64,000 nucleotides of DNA from Planctomycetota bacterium (GCA_965248445.1 CBDFJG010000002.1:480001-544000), one strand, 5' to 3'. Shown: positions 1 through 11,124, counted from the first letter of the stretch. The notes: a model not told the origin generated them from the sequence alone. A program made the numbers and translations.

Positions 1-804
1 CGCCGGCTCCGCCTCGCGGAACGAGAACGCCGGTCGGCCCACGTGCTTGGCGACGTCGAAGTCCTCCGGCACCGCGAACGGACGGCCGGAACGCACGCGA
101 ACGCGGCCCCGGATGCGGTCGACCCGGAACTGGCGCACGTCGTCGCGGAGGCGATCGTGGCCCACCAGGTACCAGTGCCCGGCGTGCCACCCGAGTCCGT
201 ACGGCTCGACCTCGCGTTCCCCGACCTCATCACGCTCGATGCTGTAGTAGCGGAACTTCGCGCCCTGGCGGCGGACCACCGCGTCCGTGAGAGAGTGCAG
301 GTTCGGGGTCAGCTCGGGCGGACCGCGGCGCGTGCGGACGCCCAGGCGGTGCTGCTCCGTGACCGAGGCCATCGCGGCCGTGGTCAGGGGGCTGTCGACG
401 AGGATCTTGCGCAGCGCGCTGCTTAGCGGGGTCGCAAGCGGATCACCGGTCGCGGTCTGCGCGTACCGCTGCACGACCGCCAGCGCCGCCGCCTCCTGCA
501 TGTCGAGCTGGATCTCAGGCAGGAAGTACTGATCGCGGGGGATCCGATATCCCTCCTCGCCGGCGTCGCCGGTGGCGTCGTAGACGATGGGCACGCCCAA
601 GCCACGCAGCTCGGCCTTGTCGCGGTCGAAGCGCTTCTCGAGAGCCTCAGGGCTGGCATCGTCGTCGTAGCCGGCGACGCGGCCCTTGATCTTGGAGAAC
701 GGCACCGGCACGTGACACGAGAGCAGGAACGCGACCAGATTCAGAAGCCGCTCGGGCTTCGCGATGCGATCCGCCGGAGCCGACGCTCCACCCGGGCCCC
801 TCAT
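1..804 (-). CDS. HTH-WYL domain transcriptional regulator (PafB-like), runs off the window edge
   Basis: Not in the ORF track; hand translation from ATG 804 gives ...PERLLNLVAFLL...EKRFDRDKAELRGLGVPI...VEPYGLGWHAGHWYLVGHDRLRDDVRQFRVDRI, i.e. the PafB-type HTH (FxRDKxELR) plus a WYL motif. In-frame GTG starts exist further upstream (831-849). Confidence 0.88.
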   Translation of the reverse strand, partial: MRGPGGASAPADRIAKPERLLNLVAFLLSCHVPVPFSKIKGRVAGYDDDASPEALEKRFDRDKAELRGLGVPIVYDATGDAGEEGYRIPRDQYFLPEIQLDMQEAAALAVVQRYAQTATGDPLATPLSSALRKILVDSPLTTAAMASVTEQHRLGVRTRRGPPELTPNLHSLTDAVVRRQGAKFRYYSIERDEVGEREVEPYGLGWHAGHWYLVGHDRLRDDVRQFRVDRIRGRVRVRSGRPFAVPEDFDVAKHVGRPAFSFREAEPA

Positions 805-902
805 CCGCCGTCCGCCGCGTCGATCGGTCACGCAGAACACTCTCCTCACGCTCGACCACGTCCCGAGGGCAGCCCGGCCGGTCGGCCGGGATGCCGGCGA
901 TC

Positions 903-2309
903 TCAGGTCAGCCGCTTGCGCTCCCATGCGCCGCGGCGGAAGACCACGTAGTAGACCAGCGCCATGAGGGAATGCGAAACCACGAGCGCCCACCACGCCC
1001 CGGACTCGCCCATGTCTCCCCGGGACCACCACCAGGCGAGGGGAATCTGGACGAGCAGCAGCCCGACCGTATCGATGGCGAGGGGGGTCTTGACGCTCCC
1101 GGCACCGTTCAGCGCGTGGGCCCAGACGATGGCCAGCGCGTATCCCGGGTACGAGAAGACCCCCACTCGCAGATAGAGGGCGCCCCGCTCGACGATGCTG
1201 ATGTCCGCCTCGGTCTCGACCGAGAGGCTGAACACCCGGATCAGCGGCTCGGCGAACGCGTAAAACACGACGCCGAGGACGACCATGGTGACGAGATTGA
1301 GGACGGCGGCCTGCGCCGCGATGCGTCGGGCGGACACCGTCTCCCCCCGCGCGTGCCGCTGTCCCAGAAGCGCCGCACAGGCTCCACCCCACCCGAGACC
1401 CGCGAAGATCGCCAGCGTGTCGAGGCGGGTCCCGATGCCGTACGCCGCCTTCACGGCCGAGCCGAACGGTGAGACGACCATCAGCAGGAGCAGCAGCGAC
1501 GCCATCCGCACGGTCCACTGCAGCGCCACCGGGAACCCGACCGCGGCAACCTGGTACAGGAACCGGAGTCGGGGCCTCCAGCCGCCCAGCCCGATCCTGA
1601 TCGCAGGATGCGCGCGCATGAGAACGAACAGACCGACCACGACGGCCATCAGCCTCGCGGCGACCGTCGCCCAGGCAGCGCCGGGAGCCCCCAACTCAGG
1701 AAACCCCCACTTCCCGAAGATGAGCCCGTAGTTCCCGACGATGTTCCCGACGTTCGACACGAGCAGGAGGACCATAGGCCACACCCCGATGCCGATCGCA
1801 CGCATGTTCGCGGTGATCTGCATCAACAGGAAGCCCGAGAAAGCCCCGTGCGACATCACCAGGAAGTACTGCTCGGCCACCTCGCGTTCGATCTCGCTGC
1901 GGACGTCGAACAGTCCGACGATCGGACCGGAGAACAGCGCCGGCAGAACGCCCAGCAGGATCGAAAAGACACCGCAGAGCAGCAGCGATTGCCGTGCAGA
2001 TTGATTCGCGCGCTTCATGTTCCCGGCGCCGAAGTGCTGCGCGATGACGGCGACGGTGCCGTTGCTGATGCCGTTCACGAACACGATCGGCACCGTCACC
2101 AGGAACGACGCCACCGTCACGCCGGCGATCGTCTGCTCGGCGAGCACGGCGTCACTCTCGTACGCGCCGACCATCGCGAGGTCGACGAGGTTGAAGAACG
2201 CGTGTCCGCCCATGCCCAGCATGAGCGGCAGGCCGAGTCCGAGGAGCGAGCGGAGATCCGAGCGGAACGTGCGAGGCGGATGCTCGCGCGGATCGCCGCT
2301 CTGTGGCAT
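903..2309 (-). CDS. MATE family efflux transporter
   Basis: About 12 hydrophobic segments; motifs NLVDLAMVG, NYGLIFGKWGFPELGAPGAAWAT, ALNGAGSVKTP. Start placed at MPQSG (ATG 2309). Confidence 0.9.
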   Translation of the reverse strand: MPQSGDPREHPPRTFRSDLRSLLGLGLPLMLGMGGHAFFNLVDLAMVGAYESDAVLAEQTIAGVTVASFLVTVPIVFVNGISNGTVAVIAQHFGAGNMKRANQSARQSLLLCGVFSILLGVLPALFSGPIVGLFDVRSEIEREVAEQYFLVMSHGAFSGFLLMQITANMRAIGIGVWPMVLLLVSNVGNIVGNYGLIFGKWGFPELGAPGAAWATVAARLMAVVVGLFVLMRAHPAIRIGLGGWRPRLRFLYQVAAVGFPVALQWTVRMASLLLLLMVVSPFGSAVKAAYGIGTRLDTLAIFAGLGWGGACAALLGQRHARGETVSARRIAAQAAVLNLVTMVVLGVVFYAFAEPLIRVFSLSVETEADISIVERGALYLRVGVFSYPGYALAIVWAHALNGAGSVKTPLAIDTVGLLLVQIPLAWWWSRGDMGESGAWWALVVSHSLMALVYYVVFRRGAWERKRLT

Positions 2310-2463
2310 CGCACCCCCCTGAACCGGCTTGCGGGGCGCCCCGCCTGTCGCAACGACTCCCCGGACGGCGAGAGTACCCCGATCGCCGTCGGGCCATGCA
2401 GGGCGAGCCGGGACAGGAGGATTTCCGGGACCGCGGGAGCACCCGTCCGAGGGCCGGCCGCCG

Positions 2464-4281
2464 CTAGCCGCCGAGCGGCGGCAGCATGCCCGGATCGGTC
2501 CGGACACGCGGCCGTTCGTCTGGAGTCGGCTCGGCAGCCCGCCCGATCAGTTGGAGCGGCGGCACCGGACGTGGGGACCGCACCTCGACGACGGGGCCGG
2601 CACCAGTCTCCGCACTCCGGGAGAGACGGGCGCGGGACTTCACGGCTCCCGGCAACTCGAAGACGAACGTCGCACCGGCACCTGACCCACCCTCGGCCCA
2701 GACGCGCGCGCGGTGTGCCTGCGCGATCTCGTGGCAGATGGCCAGACCGAGCCCCGTGCCCTCGATCCGGGTGCGCGAGGTCCGTCCCTGGTAGTAGCGA
2801 TCGAAGATCCGCGTGAGGTCCTCGGCTGCGACACCTGGTCCCTCGTCGCGAACGCTCATGCGCACGAACCCAGCGGTCGTGGCCGCCTCGAACTGGACTC
2901 GAACCGTGCTGCCGTCCGGACTGAACTTCACGGCGTTGCCGAGCAAGTTCACGAGCACCTGCTGGATACGGTCGCGGTCCGCGAACAACGGCACGGGATC
3001 GTCGCCCAACGTGGCCTCGAACTCGACACCCCGGCGCAATGCCTCCCCGTGCACCGCATCCATGGCGTCGCGCACGACGTCCCGCGCGTCAAAATCACAG
3101 AGGAGCAGACGGAGCTCACCACTCTCGAGGCGGGACAGGTCGAGCACCTCGCCGACGAGGCGCGAGAGCCGTTCGGACTCCTTGACGATGATCGCGAGGA
3201 ACTCGCCTTGCGTCTCGTCACTGATCGGGCGCGGCTCCAGGAGGATCTCGGCGAAGCTACGGATGCTGGTGAGCGGTGTACGCAGTTCGTGAGCCAGACC
3301 GGCGAGGAATTGGTCCTTTGCCTCCAGGATCTGCTGCAGTCCGACGCACTGGTGCTCCAGTTGGCGCAGACGATCCACCGTGGCGCGATGCGTGTCCTGC
3401 AGTCGCCGCTCGCGATCGCGCACGAACTCGGTCTGTTGTTCCATCTCCCGCTCGATCGTCTCGCGGTGGCTGACATCGCGAATGACGGCGAGCAACTCGG
3501 CGTCTTCCTCGGATCCGATCACGCTGATCGTGAGTTCGCCGAGGACCCGGTGTCCGTCCGGATGGTCGAGCGCCACCGCGATCGGACGGCGGTCTCGCGC
3601 GGCGCGCTGCATGTCCGCCTTGCCGATCGGACGTCCGTCCGCGGAAACGAGCTCGAGCAGCGTCATCTCCTCCACCACCTCTCGGGAGCGGCCGGACAGG
3701 CGCACCAGGGCGTCGTTCACCTCCGCGAGCCGCAGCGTCTCCCGCTCCAGGCGCGCCATGCCTTCGAGCGCCTGCTCGAACACGGCCCGGTGCCCGCGTG
3801 CGTGGCGCTCTCGCGTCTCCATGGCGGCCAACTGGTCTCGCAGCCGCGTGAGCCCCGAGGGGCTGATCTCCGCCTGCTGCTCGATAAGCCGCGACAGCTT
3901 CACACGAACTTCGCGCAGTTCGTCCTCGAGGCGGAAGTTGTCGCCGCTCGCCTGCTGCAGGGCTCGCTGAGCCCTCTCGGACTCCGCGCGATGCGTGTGG
4001 GCGATGCGCACCAGCGTCGCTGCGTGCCACGCCACGAAGACGCTGGTGAGCGCGACCGCGGCGAGACCGGCCTGGAACAGACCGCCGCTCAACCGCGCGG
4101 CGATCGGGTTGTCGAGCATGCCGGCGACTCCGCCGGAGCCGAGCAGAGTGAACGCGAAGAGCAGACCGATCCACAGCAGCGACGAGCGCTGCGGGGCGCG
4201 CAAGAGCACGCCTGCTACGCCAGCAACGCCGCATGCGACTGCGACGTAGGGCAACACGGTCGGAAACCGATCGAGCGGCAT
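2464..4281 (-). CDS. Membrane sensor histidine kinase (TM, coiled coil, PAS-like, HisKA, HATPase)
   Basis: H-box AHELRTPLTSI, N-box QVLVNLLGNAVKF, DEGPGV, GTGLGLAI; N-terminal TM helices. Start at MPLDRF. Confidence 0.92.
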   Translation of the reverse strand: MPLDRFPTVLPYVAVACGVAGVAGVLLRAPQRSSLLWIGLLFAFTLLGSGGVAGMLDNPIAARLSGGLFQAGLAAVALTSVFVAWHAATLVRIAHTHRAESERAQRALQQASGDNFRLEDELREVRVKLSRLIEQQAEISPSGLTRLRDQLAAMETRERHARGHRAVFEQALEGMARLERETLRLAEVNDALVRLSGRSREVVEEMTLLELVSADGRPIGKADMQRAARDRRPIAVALDHPDGHRVLGELTISVIGSEEDAELLAVIRDVSHRETIEREMEQQTEFVRDRERRLQDTHRATVDRLRQLEHQCVGLQQILEAKDQFLAGLAHELRTPLTSIRSFAEILLEPRPISDETQGEFLAIIVKESERLSRLVGEVLDLSRLESGELRLLLCDFDARDVVRDAMDAVHGEALRRGVEFEATLGDDPVPLFADRDRIQQVLVNLLGNAVKFSPDGSTVRVQFEAATTAGFVRMSVRDEGPGVAAEDLTRIFDRYYQGRTSRTRIEGTGLGLAICHEIAQAHRARVWAEGGSGAGATFVFELPGAVKSRARLSRSAETGAGPVVEVRSPRPVPPLQLIGRAAEPTPDERPRVRTDPGMLPPLGG

Positions 4282-4283
4282 TG

Positions 4284-4715
4284 CTACTGAGCCTCGGCCT
4301 CGCTCTTCTCCGAGACACCGGCGTCGCCCGACTCCGGGCTCTCGGTCCCCTCCTCGAGGGCGCTCCGCACACGCTCGACGATTGCCGACGGGCTGAACGG
4401 CTTTGTGAGGTACTCGTCGGCACCCGCTCGCTTGCCGCGTTGCCGCGCCGCCTCCTGCCCCTTCGCGGTCAGCAGAATCACGTGAGTGTCTCGGAGGCCG
4501 GGATCGCCCTTGACGATCTCGCACACCTCGAAGCCGCTGCGCTTCGGCATCATCACGTCGAGGATGCAGACCTGCGGCCGGTGATTGCGGAGAAGTTCCA
4601 GTGCCTCGTCGCCGTTGCGGCCCGAGAGCACGTCGTATCCCGCGCGCTCGAGCACGAACGCAAGGGACCGAAGGATGAACGGTTCGTCGTCTACGACGAG
4701 AACGGTCTGAGTCAT
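4284..4715 (-). CDS. Single-domain response regulator (CheY-like receiver)
   Basis: VLVVDDE, ILDVMMP, LLTAK, YLTKPF; SD GGAGG before ATG 4715. Confidence 0.93.
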   Translation of the reverse strand: MTQTVLVVDDEPFILRSLAFVLERAGYDVLSGRNGDEALELLRNHRPQVCILDVMMPKRSGFEVCEIVKGDPGLRDTHVILLTAKGQEAARQRGKRAGADEYLTKPFSPSAIVERVRSALEEGTESPESGDAGVSEKSEAEAQ

Positions 4716-4751
4716 CGAAGCCTCCAAGTGATCAAATCTCCGGAGCGTGAA

Positions 4752-6398
4752 TCACGCCTCCGGATGCAGCTTCCGTTTCAGAACGACGAGCGTCCGGTCG
4801 TCCCGGTCGCCGCCGTTGTTGAACGATGTGACGTCGTCCAGTACGCCCTGGACGATCTCTTCGGCACCGAGGTGCGCCTTCGCCCCGAACGACGCGGCCA
4901 CACGGTCGTCACCGAACTGGTCCTCGGGGCCGCCCTCGCCACGCGCCTCGGACAGTCCGTCGGTGTAGATCAGGACCGCATCGCCCGGTTCGAGCGTGAC
5001 CTCGTGGTCGCGGTACATGCCGTCTTCCGCCACGCCGATGGGCAAGCCGCCCATGCGCAGCGGAACGACGTCCTGGTGTGCCGCTCTGTACAAGAGCGCC
5101 GGGTGGTGGCCGGCGTCCGAGTACTCGACGCGGCCGGTGCCACCGTCCACGTGGGCGAACCACGCGGTGAGGAACAGCTCGGCGCTCGTCAGGTCGTCGA
5201 AGAGTGCTGCGTTCACGTGCGCGAGCACCGCCGCGGGCGACTCCAGATTGAGGAGTGCGGCGCGGAACGTGGCCCGGGCGGCGGTCTGGATGAGCGCCGC
5301 CGCCAGGTGGTGTCCCGAAACGTCGGCCAGCACCAGGTCGAGCGAGCCGTCGGCACGGACGATCGTGTCGTAGTAGTCGCCTCCCACGTTCATCGCGGCA
5401 AGACAACGCCCGGCGACCTCGAGGCCCTCGACGTTCGGCAATTGCGCCGGAAGCAGACTCTCCTGGATGCCGCGCGCGATGCGAAGTTCCCGCTCGAACC
5501 CGATCAGGCGCGAGTTGTGGATCAGCACGGCGGCTTGACTGGCGAGCGCCTGGGTGAGCTTGAGATCCCCCGAGCGGAACGGTTCCCCGACTACGCCGTT
5601 CGCACCGCAACGGTCGCGCAGTTGCAGCGCGCCGAGTGCCGGGCGCTCGTCGTCGCTCTGCGTGTACACCGGAACGGTGATCAGTGTGCTCCCGGCGGCT
5701 CTCTCCCACGCGTCGAGATTCGAGTTCGCGATCTGCTCCGCGTCCTCTAGCAGGACGGCCTCGCAATTCGCGATGACGCGCGCCGCCGCGCCCAGCCCCA
5801 CCACGGGCGCGACCTCCGTGTCCTCGCCGCGGCACGCGACAACGACCAGGTCAGCGTCCTCGCCGTCGCCCTCGCGCAACACGATTCGACCCGATCCGGC
5901 GCGGATCACATGCATGGCCCGAGCCAGCACCGAGGCGCAGATGGCGGTCGGGTCCGGTGCGCCGGCGAGTTCCCCGGCCAGATCGTAGAAGAGGTTGAGC
6001 TCCTCGTACGCGGCCAGGATCTCGCGCGACATGTCGTTCAGCTCGAACTCGCGCGAGCACAGGTCGCGCAGCACGGACGCCGCGCGTTCGGCGACCTCGC
6101 GCGGCGCGCTGCTGTCGCCGTTGTTGGTGACCGCGACGACGTATCCGATCGAGCGGTTGTAGACCTCGACGGTCTCGATCGCCCCCGGCTCGTGGAAGCC
6201 CTCCACGGACACCGTCTCGTCGTCGCCGGTCTCGGTGACCGTCACCGACAGAGTCGTCAAGGTGTCGTCACCGGCCAGCGGCGTTCCGTCCTCGCCGAAC
6301 ACGGCCACACCGCACGCCCGCAGCGCAGCGTGGTCGTTGATCCAGCGCATCGCCTCCGTGCGCTCGAGGATGACTGTGAGTTCGCCGCTGTCACGCAT
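4752..6398 (-). CDS. GAF + SpoIIE/PP2C serine phosphatase (RsbU-like)
   Basis: ARGIQESLLP, VGGDYYD, LADVSGH, DAGH, YTDGLSE, DDRTLVVL; a GAF segment precedes the phosphatase domain. Confidence 0.92.
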   Translation of the reverse strand: MRDSGELTVILERTEAMRWINDHAALRACGVAVFGEDGTPLAGDDTLTTLSVTVTETGDDETVSVEGFHEPGAIETVEVYNRSIGYVVAVTNNGDSSAPREVAERAASVLRDLCSREFELNDMSREILAAYEELNLFYDLAGELAGAPDPTAICASVLARAMHVIRAGSGRIVLREGDGEDADLVVVACRGEDTEVAPVVGLGAAARVIANCEAVLLEDAEQIANSNLDAWERAAGSTLITVPVYTQSDDERPALGALQLRDRCGANGVVGEPFRSGDLKLTQALASQAAVLIHNSRLIGFERELRIARGIQESLLPAQLPNVEGLEVAGRCLAAMNVGGDYYDTIVRADGSLDLVLADVSGHHLAAALIQTAARATFRAALLNLESPAAVLAHVNAALFDDLTSAELFLTAWFAHVDGGTGRVEYSDAGHHPALLYRAAHQDVVPLRMGGLPIGVAEDGMYRDHEVTLEPGDAVLIYTDGLSEARGEGGPEDQFGDDRVAASFGAKAHLGAEEIVQGVLDDVTSFNNGGDRDDRTLVVLKRKLHPEA

Positions 6399-6846
6399 CG
6401 GCGCTCTCCCGGTCGGGCAGCGCGACGCCGTAGCGCCGCACGAGCGTGAGCACGTTCTCTCCCGCATGGCGCACGAGTGAGACCTCGTGCATCCAGGCGT
6501 GGATCAGGAACGTCCCGTAGCCGCCCTCGCGCAACTCCTCGGGCTCCGGAATGGCGCGGCGGACCAAATCGAACGGCCGGCCGGTGTCGCGCAGGACGAC
6601 GGTCAGCGCGTCGTCGTCCAGCGAGAACTCCACGCCGAAGCGGCACTCGATCTGCCGTTCGCAAGCGTGCCGGATGACGTTCGTGCAGGCCTCTTGCACG
6701 GCCACGGTGATCTCGTCCAGCTCCTGACTCGACAGGCGCACCGAGGGTGAGGCCTGGACGAGGGCGCGGAGCGCTCCACGCACGGCGGCCGCGGAAGCGG
6801 GCGTCGCCGGGAGCTCTAGCCGGAACAGGGGCCCCGCGGCGCTCAC
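6391..6846 (-). CDS. Anti-sigma factor / serine kinase (RsbW-like HATPase)
   Basis: AVQEACTNVIRHA, DTGRPFD, GGYGTFLIHAWMHEV. Confidence 0.9.
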   Translation of the reverse strand: MSAAGPLFRLELPATPASAAAVRGALRALVQASPSVRLSSQELDEITVAVQEACTNVIRHACERQIECRFGVEFSLDDDALTVVLRDTGRPFDLVRRAIPEPEELREGGYGTFLIHAWMHEVSLVRHAGENVLTLVRRYGVALPDRESADA

Positions 6847-6962
6847 GAGCGGCGTGCCCGCTCGTCGACGCGCACGGGAACCGGGCGCGGACGGGCGGGT
6901 ACGAGGAGCTGCCGCAGCATCTCCTCGAGTCGCTCGAGCAACCGTTCCACCACGCCGGACAT
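6843..6962 (-). CDS. 39-aa small protein MSGVVERLLERLEEMLRQLLVPARPRPVPVRVDERARRS
   Basis: Below the ORF-track cutoff. Starts 5 nt after the upstream TAA, and its TGA overlaps the GTG of the RsbW-like gene (GTGA). GC3-rich codons. Confidence 0.65.
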   Translation of the reverse strand: MSGVVERLLERLEEMLRQLLVPARPRPVPVRVDERARRS

Positions 6963-6967
6963 GACGA

Positions 6968-8382
<1,415 letters not shown>

Positions 8383-8386
8383 GGGG

Positions 8387-8824
8387 CTAGCCGTTCGCCC
8401 CGTTGCCGGAGATCGCAGTTCCTGAGTTCGCAGTTCCTGAGTTCGCGGTGCCGGAGTTCGCGGTGCCGGGGGTCCCAGCGCCGGAGGTCGCGGCTTCGAG
8501 GGCCTCGTTCACCGTCGGGTAGACGTCGAACACTCGGATGAGCCGCGTGATCCGCAGGATCGCCTCGACCGGGCTGGAGATGTCGGCCAGCACGACGGCG
8601 CCGCCGTCCTGGCGCAGGACCTTGTAGGCGGAAATCAGCGCACCGAGCCCCTGGCTATCGACGAAGCCGACGTTGGAGAGGTCGATGACGACGTACCGCG
8701 CGCCCTCAGAGATCACTCCCTTGAGGCGGTCCTTGAAGCGCACCGACGCCTCGCCCTCGAGGTTCATCTTCCGGGCGAACGAGGCGACGAGGCCTTCTCC
8801 GACTCTCCTGACGACCAAGTCCAT
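8387..8824 (-). CDS. STAS anti-sigma factor antagonist (RsbV/SpoIIAA-like) with repetitive C-tail
   Basis: VVIDLSNVGFVDSQGLGALI contains the phosphorylatable Ser; SD GGAGG before ATG. Confidence 0.92.
   Translation of the reverse strand: MDLVVRRVGEGLVASFARKMNLEGEASVRFKDRLKGVISEGARYVVIDLSNVGFVDSQGLGALISAYKVLRQDGGAVVLADISSPVEAILRITRLIRVFDVYPTVNEALEAATSGAGTPGTANSGTANSGTANSGTAISGNGANG
8408..8467 (-). repeat. 4 x 15-bp coding tandem repeat encoding GTANS-GTANS-GTANS-GTAIS
   Basis: Read directly in both DNA and translation. Confidence 0.9.
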
Positions 8825-8867
8825 GGGTCCTCCGGGGCACCCGATCCGTTCGGGGTGCCTCGGTTCC

Positions 8868-8898
8868 CTATCCGCCTTTCGAGGCTGCGGACTTTAGG
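8868..8898 (-). promoter_or_regulatory. Possible group-3 sigma (sigma28-like) promoter CCTAAAG-N16-GCGGATAG
   Basis: Loose match to TAAA...GCCGATAA with longer spacing; lies about 45 nt upstream of the STAS gene. Confidence 0.25.
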
Positions 8899-9020
8899 GA
8901 TGACTCTCGAATCGAGGCAGATCCCAGCCTGCGAGTGACAGGCCCGGACGACGGCTGGACGCAGCGTGGCAGACGCCGCTCTTGCGCAGGCGCGACCCAG
9001 TGCCCCATGTAGGAGCTCGC

Positions 9021-10130
9021 CTAGAGAAGAGTGTCGAGAGGCGTGTACTCGAGGTCGAACGCCTGGGCCACGGCTTCGTAGGTCACCTTGCCGCGGACGA
9101 CGTTGGCGCCCGTGCGGATGCCGTGGTTCGAAGCAACTGCCTTCTGCCATCCGTCCCGGGCCAGGATGCGCGCGTAGGGCAGCGTGACGTTGGTCAGGCC
9201 GTACGTCGACGTGCGCCCCACCGCGCCCGGCATGTTCGCGACGCTGTAGTGCACGATCCCGTCGACGATGTACGTCGGTTCGCTATGAGTCGTCGGCTTC
9301 GTCGTCTCGACACAACCACCCTGGTCGACCGCGACGTCCACGATGACCGCGCCCTCGTTCATCATGCCGAGGTCGGTCCGCTTCACCAGTGCCGGCGCCT
9401 TCGCGCCGGGGATCAGCACCGCGCCCACCACGAGGTCCGCGTAGCGGAGCACCTTCTTGATGTTGTATGCGTTGCTGAAGAGCGTCGTCACGTTCGCTGG
9501 CATCACGTCGTCGAGGTAGCGCAGGCGGTCGAGATCGAGGTCCATCACGATCACGTTCGCGCCCATGCCCGCGGCCATCTTCGTGGCGTTGCTCCCGACG
9601 ACTCCCCCGCCGATGACCATGACCATCGCGGGTTCGACTCCCGGAATCCCGCCGAGCAGGATGCCGCGACCCATCTGCGGCTTCTCGAGGTACTTGGCGC
9701 CCTGCTGAATCGACATGCGCCCCGCCACCTCACTCATGGGAGTGAGAAGCGGCAGCGTGCGTCCGTGCTCGACCGTCTCGTACGCAACGCAGACTGAGCC
9801 GGAGTCGATCATGCCGTCGGTCAGCTTCCGGCTGGCCGCGAAGTGGAAGTACGTGAACACGATCTGGTCTTCCCGGATCAGGCCGTACTCCTCGGGGAGC
9901 GGCTCCTTCACCTTCATGATCATGTCGGCGCGCGCGAACACCTCGGAGTGCGTCTCGACGATCTCCGCTCCGGCGTCCGTGAACTCCTTGTCCTGGATGC
10001 CGGAACCGACGCCGCCATTGCGCTCTACCACGACGGAGTGACCGTCGCGCACGAGCGCGTCGACGCCCGCCGGCACGATCGCGATCCGGTTCTCGTTGTC
10101 CTTGATCTCGCGCGGGACCCCAACCAGCAT
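9021..10130 (-). CDS. ald: Alanine dehydrogenase
   Basis: GVPREIKDNENR, KVKEP, PMSEVAGR, GGGVVG, VDVAVDQGG, NMPGAV. Confidence 0.96.
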   Translation of the reverse strand: MLVGVPREIKDNENRIAIVPAGVDALVRDGHSVVVERNGGVGSGIQDKEFTDAGAEIVETHSEVFARADMIMKVKEPLPEEYGLIREDQIVFTYFHFAASRKLTDGMIDSGSVCVAYETVEHGRTLPLLTPMSEVAGRMSIQQGAKYLEKPQMGRGILLGGIPGVEPAMVMVIGGGVVGSNATKMAAGMGANVIVMDLDLDRLRYLDDVMPANVTTLFSNAYNIKKVLRYADLVVGAVLIPGAKAPALVKRTDLGMMNEGAVIVDVAVDQGGCVETTKPTTHSEPTYIVDGIVHYSVANMPGAVGRTSTYGLTNVTLPYARILARDGWQKAVASNHGIRTGANVVRGKVTYEAVAQAFDLEYTPLDTLL

Positions 10131-10290
10131 CGCCGGATCTCCTTCCGCATTCATTCCCGTAGAAGGGCGCGGCAGGACGCCGCAGCCGTCAAGCGGCGCA
10201 TCGTAGGCCGCGCGCGGTCAGGCGCGGAAGGTCTGCACGGCGGCAGGGGCCCGCGCGTGACTGGCCTTCACCGGTCGCTGCCGCCCGCGT

Positions 10291-11007
10291 CTACTGGTCG
10301 CGGCCGCCCTGTCCGCCCTGGCGGCGGCGGCTGCGGCCGCCGGCCTCCTGCGCTCTGCGGCGCGGATTCAGCCGGGACTCGATGGTGGACATCTCCTCCG
10401 TCGTGAGGACGGTCGCCAGCGCCGTTCGGTACTCCTCCTGGAGTTCCGCCTCGATGGCGAGCTTCGCCTCGCGGTCGTCCACGTTGATCTCATCCCGCCG
10501 CTCGTAGCGGCGACGCACGTAGTCGAGCGTCACCGCGGTCAGTTGCGCCACGCGGCCGTCGTCGAGCTCGAGGTCCCGCACGAGGCGCTTCACGCGGCGT
10601 CCCGAGTCCCGCTCCATCCGCTCCACCCGGCGGCGCTCGTCGCGCGCGTCGAGCACGGCGGTGACCGCCTCCTGGAAGTCGGTTCCCGCGTATCCGGCGG
10701 GCAGCTCGACCGCCGTCCCGTCCGTGGCCCGCGACGCAGCTTCCGGTGCGTCTGCGGCGCGGCTCTCGAGTGCCTTCAGACGTCCCTCGAGGTCGTCCAC
10801 GCGCGGATCCACACGCGACGCGGCGGCGCGGGTCGCCGACCGCTCTGCCGTGCGCGTGACCGCCGAGGACTTCTCCGGAGACTTCTCCGCGGACTCGAGG
10901 CGGTCCTCCAGCTCCACGATCCGGTCCTGCAGTCCGGCGTTCATGACGACCAGTCCGCCGGCGGCGCACAGGGAGATGAGGGAGACGGCGAGGGCGAGCT
11001 TGGTCAT
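10291..11007 (-). CDS. Hypothetical membrane-anchored/secreted coiled-coil protein
   Basis: Hydrophobic N-terminus MTKLALAVSLISLCAAGGLVV followed by a helical charged region; SD GGAGG. Confidence 0.7.
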   Translation of the reverse strand: MTKLALAVSLISLCAAGGLVVMNAGLQDRIVELEDRLESAEKSPEKSSAVTRTAERSATRAAASRVDPRVDDLEGRLKALESRAADAPEAASRATDGTAVELPAGYAGTDFQEAVTAVLDARDERRRVERMERDSGRRVKRLVRDLELDDGRVAQLTAVTLDYVRRRYERRDEINVDDREAKLAIEAELQEEYRTALATVLTTEEMSTIESRLNPRRRAQEAGGRSRRRQGGQGGRDQ

Positions 11008-11124
11008 GGGGACCTCCGGTCGGGAGTCTGGGGAGTGCGCCGAGGATACCAACCCGCGGGGTCCGGCCGGGTTCCGCAGCGGGCGAGGGAGGGCTCGCCG
11101 AGGCCCCTCCACGGAACAGAGGTG

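Noticed and set aside
8967..8985. TGGCA...TTGC as a sigma54 promoter
   Set aside because: GG-to-GC spacing is 14 rather than 10, and it points away from the operon.
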